A stretch of 64,000 nt of DNA from a virus. How positions within the stretch are numbered: position 1 is the first letter of the stretch; every line of letters begins with the position of its first letter. Positions 10,640-21,185 of the stretch are shown in pieces. The stretch is from positions 84,144 to 148,143 of IMG/VR virus record IMGVR_UViG_3300023213_000432; one strand, given 5' to 3'. A program made the translations under genes and the position numbers. The notes beneath the pieces are model-generated. The model was not told the DNA's origin and did no database searches. It saw only the letters and a list, made by a program, of their open reading frames with translations.

Positions 10640-11287
10640 ATATGGATTTAGTGGAATTGGAAGACGCAATTCAGGACTTGTTGGCGCCTGACTTTGAAAT
10701 AACGATAGATAAACATGGACAAGTAATTATCCTCACTGGACTTCGAATTGATGATGAAAGTGGAGAACTAGTGCCCTTTGAGGAAGAGGAATTAGAGTTG
10801 CCAGAAGATGAAGACGACGAAGATGAGGACGATTAAATTTTGTTTGTTATTTTTGATGAGTTGTAATGATTTTAGCTTTGGTTCGATGGATTCCAATGCC
10901 AACTATCCTCGTCAAAAACCAACTACTATTGATGGACATTGCACCAATGATGAGCAATGTGGGGAGGGATTAGTGTGTTGGAAACAAGGAGATAATTATG
11001 TGGGAGTGTGCGCCAGCGTAAGATAATTGTTAGGTATTGATTTTTCCACCATGAAAACCAAAAAGAAACCCAAAATCCCACGCAATCCATATGTTCTTCC
11101 AGCTCGAAAACGTAACGGAGCAGGCTCTCATAAACCTAAAAAGCCTATTACTAAAAAACAAGATATTAAAGAACGATTAGATGATACCTAACTGGGAAGA
11201 TGTGGTTTGGTGGGGTTTGATTTGTTTGCTAGCTGGAGCTATTTTTGGATTGATGATTTTTAGCAATAGGTAAAAGGAGAAATAGCC

Positions 11288-11698
11288 ATGCAGTATTGGT
11301 GGTTAGTTGGATTAACAATTTTAGGTTGGAGCGCCGGCGCGACCGCTTGTAAGGTAGCGACTAACTATGTGTCTCCCTTAATGCTTGCAGCAATTACGAC
11401 AGGTATTTATGTTTTGCTGATGCCATTTCTGTTTGTCTTTATTAAGTTTGATCGAACAGTTAATGCGGTTGGAATTGGTTATTCAGTGCTTGGCGCTTTG
11501 TGTATGGCGCTTGGTTCAGTTTTCTATTTTTTCGCTTTACAGAAAGGAGATGCGGGAATCACCACATTACTAGCTGGGATTTACCCATCGCTGACTTTAT
11601 TGTTATCATGTTTATTTTTAGGTGAGCCAATTACAGTAAAGAAGGTAGTAGGTTTTTTGGTAGTGTTGTTAGGATCGTTCATTTTGACGAGAGGATGA
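11288..11698 (+). CDS. EamA/DMT-family small membrane transporter
   Basis: Five TM helices; ALQKGDAG, YPSLTLLLS.LFLGEPIT. Confidence 0.85.
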   Translation: MQYWWLVGLTILGWSAGATACKVATNYVSPLMLAAITTGIYVLLMPFLFVFIKFDRTVNAVGIGYSVLGALCMALGSVFYFFALQKGDAGITTLLAGIYPSLTLLLSCLFLGEPITVKKVVGFLVVLLGSFILTRG

Positions 11699-11717
11699 TG
11701 TGGAAAAGAGGAAATGA

Positions 11718-12584
11718 TTACTTAACAAACGCCCAGCATTGACCAGTTTTTATGCGTAATATAGTTGATTGTCCAACACCATATTGAGCAGCAATTGTTG
11801 TCGCTGGTATTCCTTGTGCTAACAGCACCCTAATCTCTCTAACCTTGTCTTCTGTTAGTTTAGCCGCAGAATTTCTTTCTCCTTGCCGCGTTGTTCGCTT
11901 AGCGAATAGAGCAACGTCCTCATCTGTAAAGAAGTACCGATGACTTTTTCCACGTTTCATATCCGCTACCACTGATTGCGTAATGTTGAATTGATTGGCA
12001 ATTTCGTACATTGAGACGTTGTCAAGCAATAATTGACGTATCTGTTTAAGTTGTTCAATTGTGAGTTTAGCTTTACTTCGACTCATTTTGAGGCGTGTTT
12101 CTGTTGGGTGACGAAATCCCATCCTGCTTTTACTCAACTTCTGGCGCCGTTCTTCTGACCATTTTTCACCATCACTACCATCAGTTAAGTTATATCCAGC
12201 ATTTTTACCATACTTATACGCATTAGTTTGGTAAAAAGATATCCAATATATTTCTGCTTCTTTCATTTCTTTAAAACTGTTCAATTCTTGAACTATGCGG
12301 AACTCAAAATTATCTTCTCCGTATTTTAACATCGCTTTGTGAATCAAGTAACGTCCGCTTTCTTTACTATCTAGGCGGACACACTTGCGATGTTCTTTCC
12401 ATCGCTCGATTAAATTTTCTGTTCTCCCGATGTATATCTTACCATTGATTAAGTTGAATATCATATACACGTGATATTTGACGCATTCCTTGCATTTTGA
12501 CTTTTTTCTTTTCAACTGTTCTTGATCAAAATCACCAATCGATTTAATTTGCGAACAATGCCTGCAAAAGATAACGATGTCCAT
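11718..12584 (-). CDS. GIY-YIG homing endonuclease with NUMOD3 and HTH repeats
   Basis: VYMIFNLINGKIYIG, RWKEH, GYNLTDG, HPTETRLKMS, KLTEDKVREIR. Confidence 0.9.
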   Translation of the reverse strand: MDIVIFCRHCSQIKSIGDFDQEQLKRKKSKCKECVKYHVYMIFNLINGKIYIGRTENLIERWKEHRKCVRLDSKESGRYLIHKAMLKYGEDNFEFRIVQELNSFKEMKEAEIYWISFYQTNAYKYGKNAGYNLTDGSDGEKWSEERRQKLSKSRMGFRHPTETRLKMSRSKAKLTIEQLKQIRQLLLDNVSMYEIANQFNITQSVVADMKRGKSHRYFFTDEDVALFAKRTTRQGERNSAAKLTEDKVREIRVLLAQGIPATTIAAQYGVGQSTILRIKTGQCWAFVK

Positions 12585-12961
12585 ACTTTAATTATATATC
12601 AAGTCATACTAAAGTTTCTGGTTCTGTGTTTTTTATTAAAAGAAATGTAGCCCATTAATAATGGAAGAAGTCCCAGTTTTTGGATATGTAGCTACGTTAA
12701 TTGCGTTGATTGCAATTATTCTTATGACTAAAAATATTCAGGGCGCAGGGTTAGCAGTTAATTTTTTGGAATAGTAAAACTACCATACAGGGGCGGGTTC
12801 CCATCGCCTAACGGCGTGAATTTACTCCAAAAAAACTTCTGTATAACCAGATATAAGATTTGGGGCAGGATGATCGCGTTAATTGCTTCCCTCCTTTGTA
12901 ATTAACGTTGATCCCTCCCCAAAACAACTAACATATATATTTTAAAAAAAAGGAAATAAAA

Positions 12962-13240
12962 ATGAAGAAGCTAATGTTAGCATGTATATTAATGCTATTT
13001 GGTTGTGCTCATAGCAGATATTCGCTTATCCAAACTAATGAGCACACTTATGAAATTGATGCGAGTAGGAGAGATGGTAATTTAGCACATATGCGAGCAG
13101 AAGCCATCAAGATAGCCACAGATACTTGTTCAGCGTGGAACGAAGGTTGGCAGGTTATCTGGGTTGAAGAAAGAGAAAATGATCTTGGCTGGACTTATTT
13201 TAAACTAAAATTTCAATGTGTTTCGCACGGTATCAATTGA
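12962..13240 (+). CDS. Small lipoprotein, paralogue of 13521..13796
   Basis: Lipobox LFGC; RA.A...A..TC...W...F.C. Confidence 0.7.
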   Translation: MKKLMLACILMLFGCAHSRYSLIQTNEHTYEIDASRRDGNLAHMRAEAIKIATDTCSAWNEGWQVIWVEERENDLGWTYFKLKFQCVSHGIN

Positions 13241-13520
13241 TTGTCATGATGCCTCAATATATGATTACTTTTGTTAGTCGTTCCATCACTAAAAGCGAAG
13301 GGCATGCGATTGTAGAAGCTAAGAATAAGAAGAAAGCAAAGAAGCGGTTCAAGAAGCGATTTGGAGAAAGATATAAAGTTAAAGACATTCAAAAGTATGT
13401 TGAAGTGGATTTAATGCCCGAACAAATGAGCAAAAAAGATTGCACAAAACGGCAATCGATCTTTGAAGCATGGTACTGATATGTTGTTGATGGGTTAACC
13501 ATTTCGAAAGGACAAAAATC

Positions 13521-13796
13521 ATGAATAAATTATTAATATTGTTATTGATGGGATGTGTGCAGTATCATCCTATTGAATACAATCTTCGATCCAATTCCTC
13601 AGATAGTAGTAATTATGATCTATCTATGGATGGAAAAGATGATCTTATTGATACTGTTCGCGCCAATGCTTTTGCTCTTGCCGAAAAAACCTGCAAATAT
13701 AACAATAAAGTATGGAAACTTACTTCTCTTTCCGAAACCGATAGCAAAGATGGCGCTCATGTTCATCTAACTTTTATTTGTCAAGGCAATGATTAA
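13521..13796 (+). CDS. Small lipoprotein, paralogue of 12962..13240
   Basis: Lipobox LMGC; same RA.A...A..TC...W...F.C pattern. Confidence 0.7.
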   Translation: MNKLLILLLMGCVQYHPIEYNLRSNSSDSSNYDLSMDGKDDLIDTVRANAFALAEKTCKYNNKVWKLTSLSETDSKDGAHVHLTFICQGND

Positions 13797-14217
13797 ACTT
13801 ATTGAAATGGCTGCAAAAATTGCTTTACCTACACACATCAACGATCAGCGATCCTTTTGGGTTGGAAGCGTCGGAATTAGAAAAGATAATGTTTTCGTAT
13901 TTGCTCGAAATGGTGCAGTTCGTTGTTTAGATTCTGATGATTATCAGGTTATTCCATCAGCTCACGCAGAGTTCCGTTTGGGAGCCAAGTTAGGCAAGTA
14001 TGGAATTGTGTATATCGCAAGAGTGGCCAAAAAAGACGGCAGTTTAGCGATGTCCCGCCCGTGCGGAGTGTGTCAGGTAAGACTTCGTAGCCTTAAGGTG
14101 GAGCGTGCCTATTACTCGATTAATAATTTCCAATATGGTTGTTATTTTGTCCAAGAAGATAAAGATGTAATCTATCATGAACGACCTCCTCATCGTCAAA
14201 CCCAACATCCTATCTGA
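13789..14217 (+). CDS. Cytidine/deoxycytidylate deaminase-fold protein
   Basis: HAE...SRPCGVC zinc motif. Confidence 0.85.
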   Translation: MIKLIEMAAKIALPTHINDQRSFWVGSVGIRKDNVFVFARNGAVRCLDSDDYQVIPSAHAEFRLGAKLGKYGIVYIARVAKKDGSLAMSRPCGVCQVRLRSLKVERAYYSINNFQYGCYFVQEDKDVIYHERPPHRQTQHPI

Positions 14218-15202
14218 CGTAATAGATACGTCCATAGGAGAGCCACATATTGTTAGGGAGTGTCTGCTCAAAATCTTTGATCTTACCTATACTCTGCCTA
14301 AAGAAAAAGGGATGTGGGAATACCCTAATCCCAAAGGACACCCTGAATTGATTAAGATATTAGAGGATAAGTATAATGCACCCATAGTTATTACCAACGG
14401 TGCAATGCAAGGGCTGCATGCCGTGTTTCATGCACTTAAATCAATGGGAAAGGTATCTATCTCTTGGGCAAAACCGTGGTTTCATTGTTTGCCCAAGATA
14501 GCTGAGATGAACGGATTGCAGTGGAGCGAAGGAGAGAATGGGGATGCGATTTTGTTGGTGGCACCACGTAATCCTGATGGTTTTATGCCATCTCCAGAAG
14601 AAGTTAAGAAACTTTTCGAGAATTGCAAAGAGCAAGGACGCTATTTGATCCATGACTCTGTTTATTATTCTCACACCTACCTTCCTGAAACTTATCCTTT
14701 AAAACCTGTTGGAGATGTTCAGATCTTTAGCGCTTCTAAGCTTTTAGGTCTTTCGGGATTAAGGGTTGGTTGGATCATCTGCCACAACAAAGATTTTTAT
14801 CACCCTATCGTAGAATATATGGAAGCTATGACGGTGGGCGCCTCTATGCTCTCCCAAATTTTCTTGCGAGATTTATTGGAGCGAACGCGCGCCTATCCAT
14901 ATTTGATTCGAAATTTTGAGAGACTTTCTTCTATTGCTTTGGAGAAATCTAAAGCCACCCTCAAAGGAGTTGATCCTGAAGTTTTAGAGGTGCCCGAAAA
15001 TTTTGAGAAGATTAATGGAATGTTTGCATTCTGTAAAACCAATGATATGGGGCGTTTTGTGAAAGCAAAAGTAAATGTTGCTGATGGTAAGTATTTTGGT
15101 ATGGAAGGCTACGTTAGAATGAATTTAGCATTTGGAGAAGAGAAAATGAAAGAGATTGTTAAAAGATTAAACGAGGTAAAAATGTCAATTACCCATGATT
15201 AA
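14177..15202 (+). CDS. PLP-dependent aminotransferase class I/II
   Basis: ITNGAMQG, PRNPDG, DSVY, SASK..GLSGLRVGW, YVRMNL; the last codons come from the inserted element (ancestral end EVKI*). Confidence 0.9.
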   Translation: MNDLLIVKPNILSDVIDTSIGEPHIVRECLLKIFDLTYTLPKEKGMWEYPNPKGHPELIKILEDKYNAPIVITNGAMQGLHAVFHALKSMGKVSISWAKPWFHCLPKIAEMNGLQWSEGENGDAILLVAPRNPDGFMPSPEEVKKLFENCKEQGRYLIHDSVYYSHTYLPETYPLKPVGDVQIFSASKLLGLSGLRVGWIICHNKDFYHPIVEYMEAMTVGASMLSQIFLRDLLERTRAYPYLIRNFERLSSIALEKSKATLKGVDPEVLEVPENFEKINGMFAFCKTNDMGRFVKAKVNVADGKYFGMEGYVRMNLAFGEEKMKEIVKRLNEVKMSITHD

Positions 15203-15644
15203 AATCATGGGCTTGTGCGAAGGATACTAGCCAGATTCTTTTGATCAAGACCAAAATATTGTACTAGACACAGATCAGAATAGGAGACGCAAGTCAAATA
15301 AAAGAAGATCAAATAGGCAGATCAGGATCGCTATGACGAGACTGGAAAAGATACGCTACTGGATGTTTCGCTAGTCTGTAGCCGCATCTCCGTAAGGAGA
15401 TGCCAATACCTCATCGATAATTGTGAGGTATTAGCTGTGTTTTGCTTATGTCGAAGCGAGTTGAACAAGCCCTTTACAGGGAAGGTTTTCTGAGGATTTT
15501 TCCTTTCTCTCACGAGAGAATAAAGTCCTCGTTTTTACTAAAACAATTCGTCAAGATAAGAGATATTGACGTCTTATATGCACAGAATAGGAGAGTTCAA
15601 TTCCTTCCACGACTAAAATCGTGGGTCTCCTTGAACCAATTTCC
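15184..15644 (+). mobile_element. Internally deleted isrB element retaining the omega-RNA and both ends
   Basis: GTCAA start, omega-RNA near-identical to the 26700 and 30260 copies, last ~35 codons of isrB, followed by ATGAA. Confidence 0.9.
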
Positions 15645-15947
15645 ATGAACGCAGAAAAAGAAAATCAATCCGAATTGGAGCAAGAGTTTCGAGGGCTTGT
15701 TGAACGACATTCGCAAGAGATCGAAGAAAAATTGAATGATGCCAATACTGCCATGAAAGAAGCGATGACACTTTCTGAAAAATATGGCATCCCTTTTCCA
15801 GCTAATATATCCCAAATAAGTCAGTCTTATACTCCAAAATCTTTTATAACAAAGTTTGGTCAATTAGACAGAGAACTAATTGAAGAATTATCGGGTGCCG
15901 AGCTTAATGGCTATTACGGTTGGGAACATTCGGACGTTTGTTATTAG
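15645..15947 (+). CDS. Hypothetical protein, GWxxS..C-terminus family
   Basis: Starts at the ATG of the ATGAA target; ends YGWEHSDVCY; similar to 40347..40733. Confidence 0.7.
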   Translation: MNAEKENQSELEQEFRGLVERHSQEIEEKLNDANTAMKEAMTLSEKYGIPFPANISQISQSYTPKSFITKFGQLDRELIEELSGAELNGYYGWEHSDVCY

Positions 15948-16184
15948 AAAATTTTATTAAAAATTTAATAAACTGAAACATAGTTAATAGAAAGGAAATC
16001 ATGAAAGCCAAAGAAGTTGAGATTGGTTCTCGCGTCTCCAGAGAAGGAGAATCCGGAACCATTGTCGGAAACCAACACAAAGATGGCGATGAAATTGTCA
16101 TTGTGGAGTGGGATGATCGTTATGATGATAACTTTGAGAAAGTTAATGTTAACGATTTGATCATTCGGCCCAAGAGAACTAAGA

Positions 16185-17433
16185 GTCAATTACCATCAGC
16201 ACAAGGCTAATAGCTTGTAAGTAGCATTTCTGCTCCTACAATAGGCTGATTGACAACAGCCCGATCCGATAGCCCTTGGCTATCAAGATGCTTGAGGACA
16301 ATATTTCTACTGCCATTCAAGTCTGCATTTAATCTAAATCCACATTGCTTGCAGCAAAAGTTAGCTTGACTCTTTCGATTAGAGCGACAAATATATCCAC
16401 ATTTGCTACACCTCTGAGAAGTATAGCGAGCATCAATATAAACTATGTTAATACCCTTAGCGGCACCCTTATAGATCAAGAACTGTTCTAATTGAAAGAA
16501 AGACCAATTGTTGAGCAAAGTGCGTTGTTCTTTTCTTAATCGCTTGTTGCGAATCCCTGTTAGATCCTCTAATACGATAGTGTCTCCTGGATTTAGTTTA
16601 TCGATAATCTCCTTGCTAATTTGATGGTTAACATCTGCTCGAAACCGTCTCTCCTTTCGAGATAATTCTCGAAGGTGTCTTTTGGCAGATTTGCTTCCTG
16701 TTCGTTGAAGTCTTTTGCGAAGTCTCTGATAGCGGCGCACAACTCGCTTTACCTCTCCTCCTCCAAAGAATTGATTGTTGGAGGAAACTGCTAGGTTATT
16801 AATCCCTCTGTCGATGCCCACAAAAGTTCCAGCAGGTTGAACGTCTTCAATATCCTTTTCAAAAACGATATGCAGGAAAACTTTCTTTTTGATGATGCAG
16901 AGATCTGCGGAAGTATGCTTCCAAGTTTTAAAATATTCTTTGTAAAAGTTTGGAATTGTAAGCTGATAGCGTTTTCGTCCATTGATGGTCAGCAGAGAAA
17001 GTTGTTGAACATCTAAGAATAGCGTATAAGAATTCTTATCTAAACGAATGCTACACAGATGGGAATGAGGACAAGAATAATAGCGCTTAGGTTTGGAAAA
17101 GACTCCTTTGAGAGCCTCGGTAGCTTTCATCCTAGCGGAGATAGCAAGTTGAGAGGGAAGATAATCACGTGTCGTATAATAGCAAAGATCGTGAAGTTTG
17201 ACGCCGTTCTTTTCTTTCTTCTCGAAACCTGTTTGAGCCACGAAGTTAAACGCTTTGGTATAAGCCTCTAAGGTAGGTAAAATCTCAGGAATTGAGATAT
17301 TAAGTTTGATCTTAGCGGTTCTTACCAACTTCATACTGATTATATAACTACATATTGATAGATGTCAAGAGAAAAAGAAAGGAAAAGACAATTCCTCCCA
17401 TAGCACAAGGCTATGGGTATCCTTGCCTAAGAG
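16185..17433 (-). mobile_element. IS200/IS605-family (IS1341-like) tnpB element, family C (target motif ATGAT)
   Basis: On - strand ATGAT|CTCTTAGGCAAG left end, hairpin CCCATAGC-CTTGT-GCTATGGG, right end GGTAATTGAC; no tnpA. Confidence 0.95.
16207..17334 (-). CDS. tnpB: RNA-guided endonuclease TnpB
   Basis: RuvC motifs GIDRG, IVLEDL, NADLNG intact; YTSQRCSKCG and CKQCG zinc ribbon; 375 aa. Confidence 0.95.
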   Translation of the reverse strand: MKLVRTAKIKLNISIPEILPTLEAYTKAFNFVAQTGFEKKEKNGVKLHDLCYYTTRDYLPSQLAISARMKATEALKGVFSKPKRYYSCPHSHLCSIRLDKNSYTLFLDVQQLSLLTINGRKRYQLTIPNFYKEYFKTWKHTSADLCIIKKKVFLHIVFEKDIEDVQPAGTFVGIDRGINNLAVSSNNQFFGGGEVKRVVRRYQRLRKRLQRTGSKSAKRHLRELSRKERRFRADVNHQISKEIIDKLNPGDTIVLEDLTGIRNKRLRKEQRTLLNNWSFFQLEQFLIYKGAAKGINIVYIDARYTSQRCSKCGYICRSNRKSQANFCCKQCGFRLNADLNGSRNIVLKHLDSQGLSDRAVVNQPIVGAEMLLTSY

Positions 17434-17679
17434 ATCATGAAGTTGATGCGGCTTGGGAAGAGTGTGAAGTTAAATTTGAATCCGCCCGAAATAAAATAGA
17501 AGGTGCAGTAGAGGACTTGGAACGAGCCAATAATTTAGCAATCGAATTCGATATTAAGATTGCAGCTCGGTTTAATAAGATTGATGTTCTGAGTTTGTTG
17601 AGCCAGTTAACTGAAGCAGGTTGGTCGCATTCGAGTTTAGAGTGTTAATTATAATTGTTGAAGAAAAATCTGAAAAATA

Positions 17680-18066
17680 ATGAAGAATTCCATGGAAGAC
17701 AAACTCAAAGACTTACAGCAAAAATTGAGAGTGCAAAAGGCTGAAATGCGACGTTTAGAACAAGAGATCCAAAAAGAGCAGTCTCTTGCATGGGACGAAG
17801 CCCGCCGCCAAGGATTCGAAAGAATTCGAGAAAAGCATGGCACTACTATCGATGAGATCAATGTCAAAATTCAAGTAGCAATATTTGCTTTGAAAGAAGC
17901 AAATGCTCTTGCCAAAAAAGCAGGAATACCTTCCTTGACTGGATATTCTTCTTGCGAAGATACTAATTTTGATGAAGCCGATTTAATATTAATTGGCGAA
18001 TGTCTTGATTTACGTCTTTTAACAGAAGAGTTGTATAAAGCTGGGGTAGAAAATATTACATGGTGA
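17680..18066 (+). CDS. Coiled-coil hypothetical protein
   Basis: 128 aa; ALKEANALAKKAGIP resembles the GWxxS family helix. Confidence 0.65.
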   Translation: MKNSMEDKLKDLQQKLRVQKAEMRRLEQEIQKEQSLAWDEARRQGFERIREKHGTTIDEINVKIQVAIFALKEANALAKKAGIPSLTGYSSCEDTNFDEADLILIGECLDLRLLTEELYKAGVENITW

Positions 18067-18879
18067 AATAATGGACAACAAAATTAAAACTTTGCGGGCA
18101 ATCATGAAAATCAAGCGAGCCCTGAAACTTATCAAGGAAGCCGCCACAGATCTCTCAGATGATCCGGAATTGATAGAAGAATTTTCGGAACTGGAAGAAA
18201 TGTTAAACAGTGCGGAGGGTCTCCATGATTGATTTGGAACTCGAGTGGCAAAAATTAGTGGATGTTATGTTCAAGCATGTGGATGGTAAAGAATTCAGTG
18301 GGGAGTTGTCTGAGGAAGATGCTAGTGCTTTGCGAGAGATGATCAAGTAGCGAACTGTGCCCGTCGTAAATACGGAAGAGGAATGGAAGTGTTCTTTTTA
18401 TTGAATGGGAACGAACTGCGTATATTCATCGAACGAATTGAAAATTGCAATCATAATCAAAGATAAATAATCGGAGTATAAACAATGGTAGATACAATGA
18501 TCTTGCGAAACTTGAAAGACGTATATAACGAAGCTAACTCCACTTGCGAGCATAAGAGAACCCATCCTCATGGGTGCGATGATTGCGAAGCTAAATGGTG
18601 CGATGCTTGTTTTAGATACCATCAAAACCCGATCAATCTTGGATGCAAATTTTCTCAAATGCTTGCTAAATATGCTATTGATTTGATCAATTTATCCTTG
18701 AATAATGATCAAGTATTAAATGGTTTTATTCGGGATCATCATAATCCAATCGTGTATAGTCTCAACGAACAAATCAAGAAGTTGGAAAAGCAAAGTGTAG
18801 ACAAATCAAGCATTATTAGGATGCTTGAAGAGATTGAATTCCTCAAACAGAAGTTATCTCGGATTAGGTGCGAAGTTTT

Positions 18880-19851
18880 ATGATCCTCATCGGTAGCCGA
18901 GCCCTAAAACTTCGATGCTCCCAAGCACTCCTTCGTGAGCCGCTTGACTTTGACTGGATCTGTACCCAAGAGGAACATGATCAGTGGGTCAAAGAACACT
19001 CTCATAAAGTTAATCCAATCAAGATGTATTCTATTGAAGCTAACGGTACTACCAAACATATTGTGGAAGGTTCACCGTGTCTTGAGTTTGAGATTATCAA
19101 GACAGGACACAGCACGGAGTTGTTAAAAGAATTGGTGGAGAAGGATCCGGAGACGATGGATGCGGTAATGTTTGGGAAAATTCCTTCACTTGATTTGCTT
19201 TTTACAATTAAAGATAGTCATAAATTCAAAAAATTCCACATTGACGATCGTATATTTTGGAAAACAGCTACTGATTGGCATGCCATGAATAGGATAGGTG
19301 CCAAAGTTCGGGAAGAACACCGAGAATTTCTTTCTCTTAGAGAGAAGGAAACCTATACTAATAGTCTTCCTAAACTGAATATGTCGAAGGTAAACTTTTT
19401 CGACGAGACCCAAAATGGGGTGCATATGACTTATCAGCACGACGACATCCACTGTGTCATTTGTCTATACGACCGTCCCGCCTACACTTATTACCTAAAA
19501 GAGGGCAGTGAAGTGCTAACCGACAACAAGAAGTTTTGGGAGTGCTCGGAAGAGATCCGATTGGCGGGTGTGATGGAAGAGGCAATGGTTTTGGCGATTG
19601 AGAGATCTTTGGTAAGTTGTCCCAATGTCCTCATGCCCGATAGGGCGTTTAGGCTGGCCTTAGCCAAGGTTGCGAGCAGTATCACCAGCGGGGCGTTTAG
19701 ATCTTATGCTCACCTTCACCTCTTCGAAGCACTGAAAATATACCCGCGAGATTATTGGGAAAAATTTCAAAAGGCGGTCGAAAATGGCATTGTTCGTCGA
19801 TATATAATGAATGATGCCAAAAAGATTGAATATAGACAAGATAGCGTTTGA
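18880..19851 (+). CDS. Conserved phage protein with N-terminal pol-beta-like nucleotidyltransferase motif
   Basis: ILIGSRAL...DFD, HDDIH, EEAMVLAIER, SSITSGAFR. Confidence 0.65.
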   Translation: MILIGSRALKLRCSQALLREPLDFDWICTQEEHDQWVKEHSHKVNPIKMYSIEANGTTKHIVEGSPCLEFEIIKTGHSTELLKELVEKDPETMDAVMFGKIPSLDLLFTIKDSHKFKKFHIDDRIFWKTATDWHAMNRIGAKVREEHREFLSLREKETYTNSLPKLNMSKVNFFDETQNGVHMTYQHDDIHCVICLYDRPAYTYYLKEGSEVLTDNKKFWECSEEIRLAGVMEEAMVLAIERSLVSCPNVLMPDRAFRLALAKVASSITSGAFRSYAHLHLFEALKIYPRDYWEKFQKAVENGIVRRYIMNDAKKIEYRQDSV

Positions 19852-21184
19852 AAATTTGATTATTGGATCGCTATCATATAGTGATGCTGCAAGAAAATTG
19901 GGAATAAATCCTAGTACGATCATTCGATATTGTAAAAAATTCGAAATCAATATTGACCACTTCGATCCCTATAAGGATCGCAAAAGCCCACCTAAACTTG
20001 AGTTGGCAGGACAAAAATTCAATAGATGGACTGTAATTCGAGAGGTAGAAAAACCCCGAAATAAACCATCCAATTCTTACTGGGAGTGTCAATGTGATTG
20101 TGGCACAATTAGAGTGTTGAGTGGAAATGTGGTTAAGACCGGACATTCAAAGTCGTGCGGCTGTTTGCGTTCCGAGAAATCTGCCGAAAACATTATAGGA
20201 TTCCATCCGCAGCAGATTAAATATACTCCTCAAGAGGCAACTGCTCGTCGAGCATTTAGAAACTACGATGATGGATATTTATCATTCGAAGAATTCTTTG
20301 AATTGTCCAAATTTAACTGTCAATATTGCAACATTGTCCCATCTAACTTGGCTAAATCAGAAAACTTATCTGACTATTTTATTAAGAATGGAAATTTCGC
20401 ATACAGCGGTCTTGATAGGGTAGATAGTTCTAAACCACATTGCATTGACAATATTATCACTTGTTGTATGTATTGCAATAAGGCTAAAAGTGCATTGGAA
20501 ATGTCTCAATTTATAAAGCATCTTATCAGAATGATTGGATATCGTTCGTTAATGTGGTTAGATAGTTATTTGAATGTTATTCCTCCATCCATTATTCATT
20601 TGCCAATATTATTCAATAGATCAAATGATTATTTAACACCCTTTGATGGAGATATTGTTCCTGGGATTATCATTGGCAAATGGACGATTATTGCTGAAGC
20701 CGGACCAGATGAGGGCGGTCGAAAACGAATGTGGTGTAGATGCGTGTGTGGTATTGAAAGATCGGTTGATGCTTATAGTATAGCGAAAGGTACTAGTCGC
20801 TCTTGCGGTAGTCCACAATGCTATCAACTATATACCCCGATTATCTACAAAGCCAGAACGATTTGGAGTAGTAGATATAAAGACGGTGATTTGATTTTTG
20901 AAGATTTTTATACACTCACACAAATGAATTGTAGTTATTGTGGGCGACCGCCATTTCGCACTGTCTTTGCTAAAGACAGCTCACTATTTACCTACAATGG
21001 ATTAGACAGAATTGATCCATCTGTAGGACATTTTACATCTAATGTTGTACCTTGTTGTTATGACTGCAATAAGGCCAAGAATGATCGCACGCTCTCCCAA
21101 TTTGATCAATGGCTTACCAACATCAATACCCACTTCATCCTATCTGGCAAAGCCGCCGAATATCTGGCTAAATTTGCATCCTAG
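19811..21184 (+). CDS. HNH/His-Cys-type homing endonuclease with duplicated nuclease module
   Basis: Two CxYC...GLDR(V/I)D...N..(T/P)CC..CNKAK modules, each preceded by C.C.CG...SCG. Confidence 0.85.
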   Translation: MMPKRLNIDKIAFENLIIGSLSYSDAARKLGINPSTIIRYCKKFEINIDHFDPYKDRKSPPKLELAGQKFNRWTVIREVEKPRNKPSNSYWECQCDCGTIRVLSGNVVKTGHSKSCGCLRSEKSAENIIGFHPQQIKYTPQEATARRAFRNYDDGYLSFEEFFELSKFNCQYCNIVPSNLAKSENLSDYFIKNGNFAYSGLDRVDSSKPHCIDNIITCCMYCNKAKSALEMSQFIKHLIRMIGYRSLMWLDSYLNVIPPSIIHLPILFNRSNDYLTPFDGDIVPGIIIGKWTIIAEAGPDEGGRKRMWCRCVCGIERSVDAYSIAKGTSRSCGSPQCYQLYTPIIYKARTIWSSRYKDGDLIFEDFYTLTQMNCSYCGRPPFRTVFAKDSSLFTYNGLDRIDPSVGHFTSNVVPCCYDCNKAKNDRTLSQFDQWLTNINTHFILSGKAAEYLAKFAS

Positions 21185-21185
21185 C

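Larger units (their letters stand above)
16001..17648 (+). pseudogene. KOW/SH3-like protein of the GWxxSSxxC family split by the tnpB element
   Basis: Joining 16184 to 17434 restores frame (KRTK-NHEVDAAW...AGWSHSSLEC); paralogue of 34971..35447. Confidence 0.85.

Noticed and set aside
16207..17334. Cas12f/Cas12j effector for the solitary repeats
   Set aside because: 375 aa, bounded by IS ends with its own 3' scaffold; an ordinary TnpB
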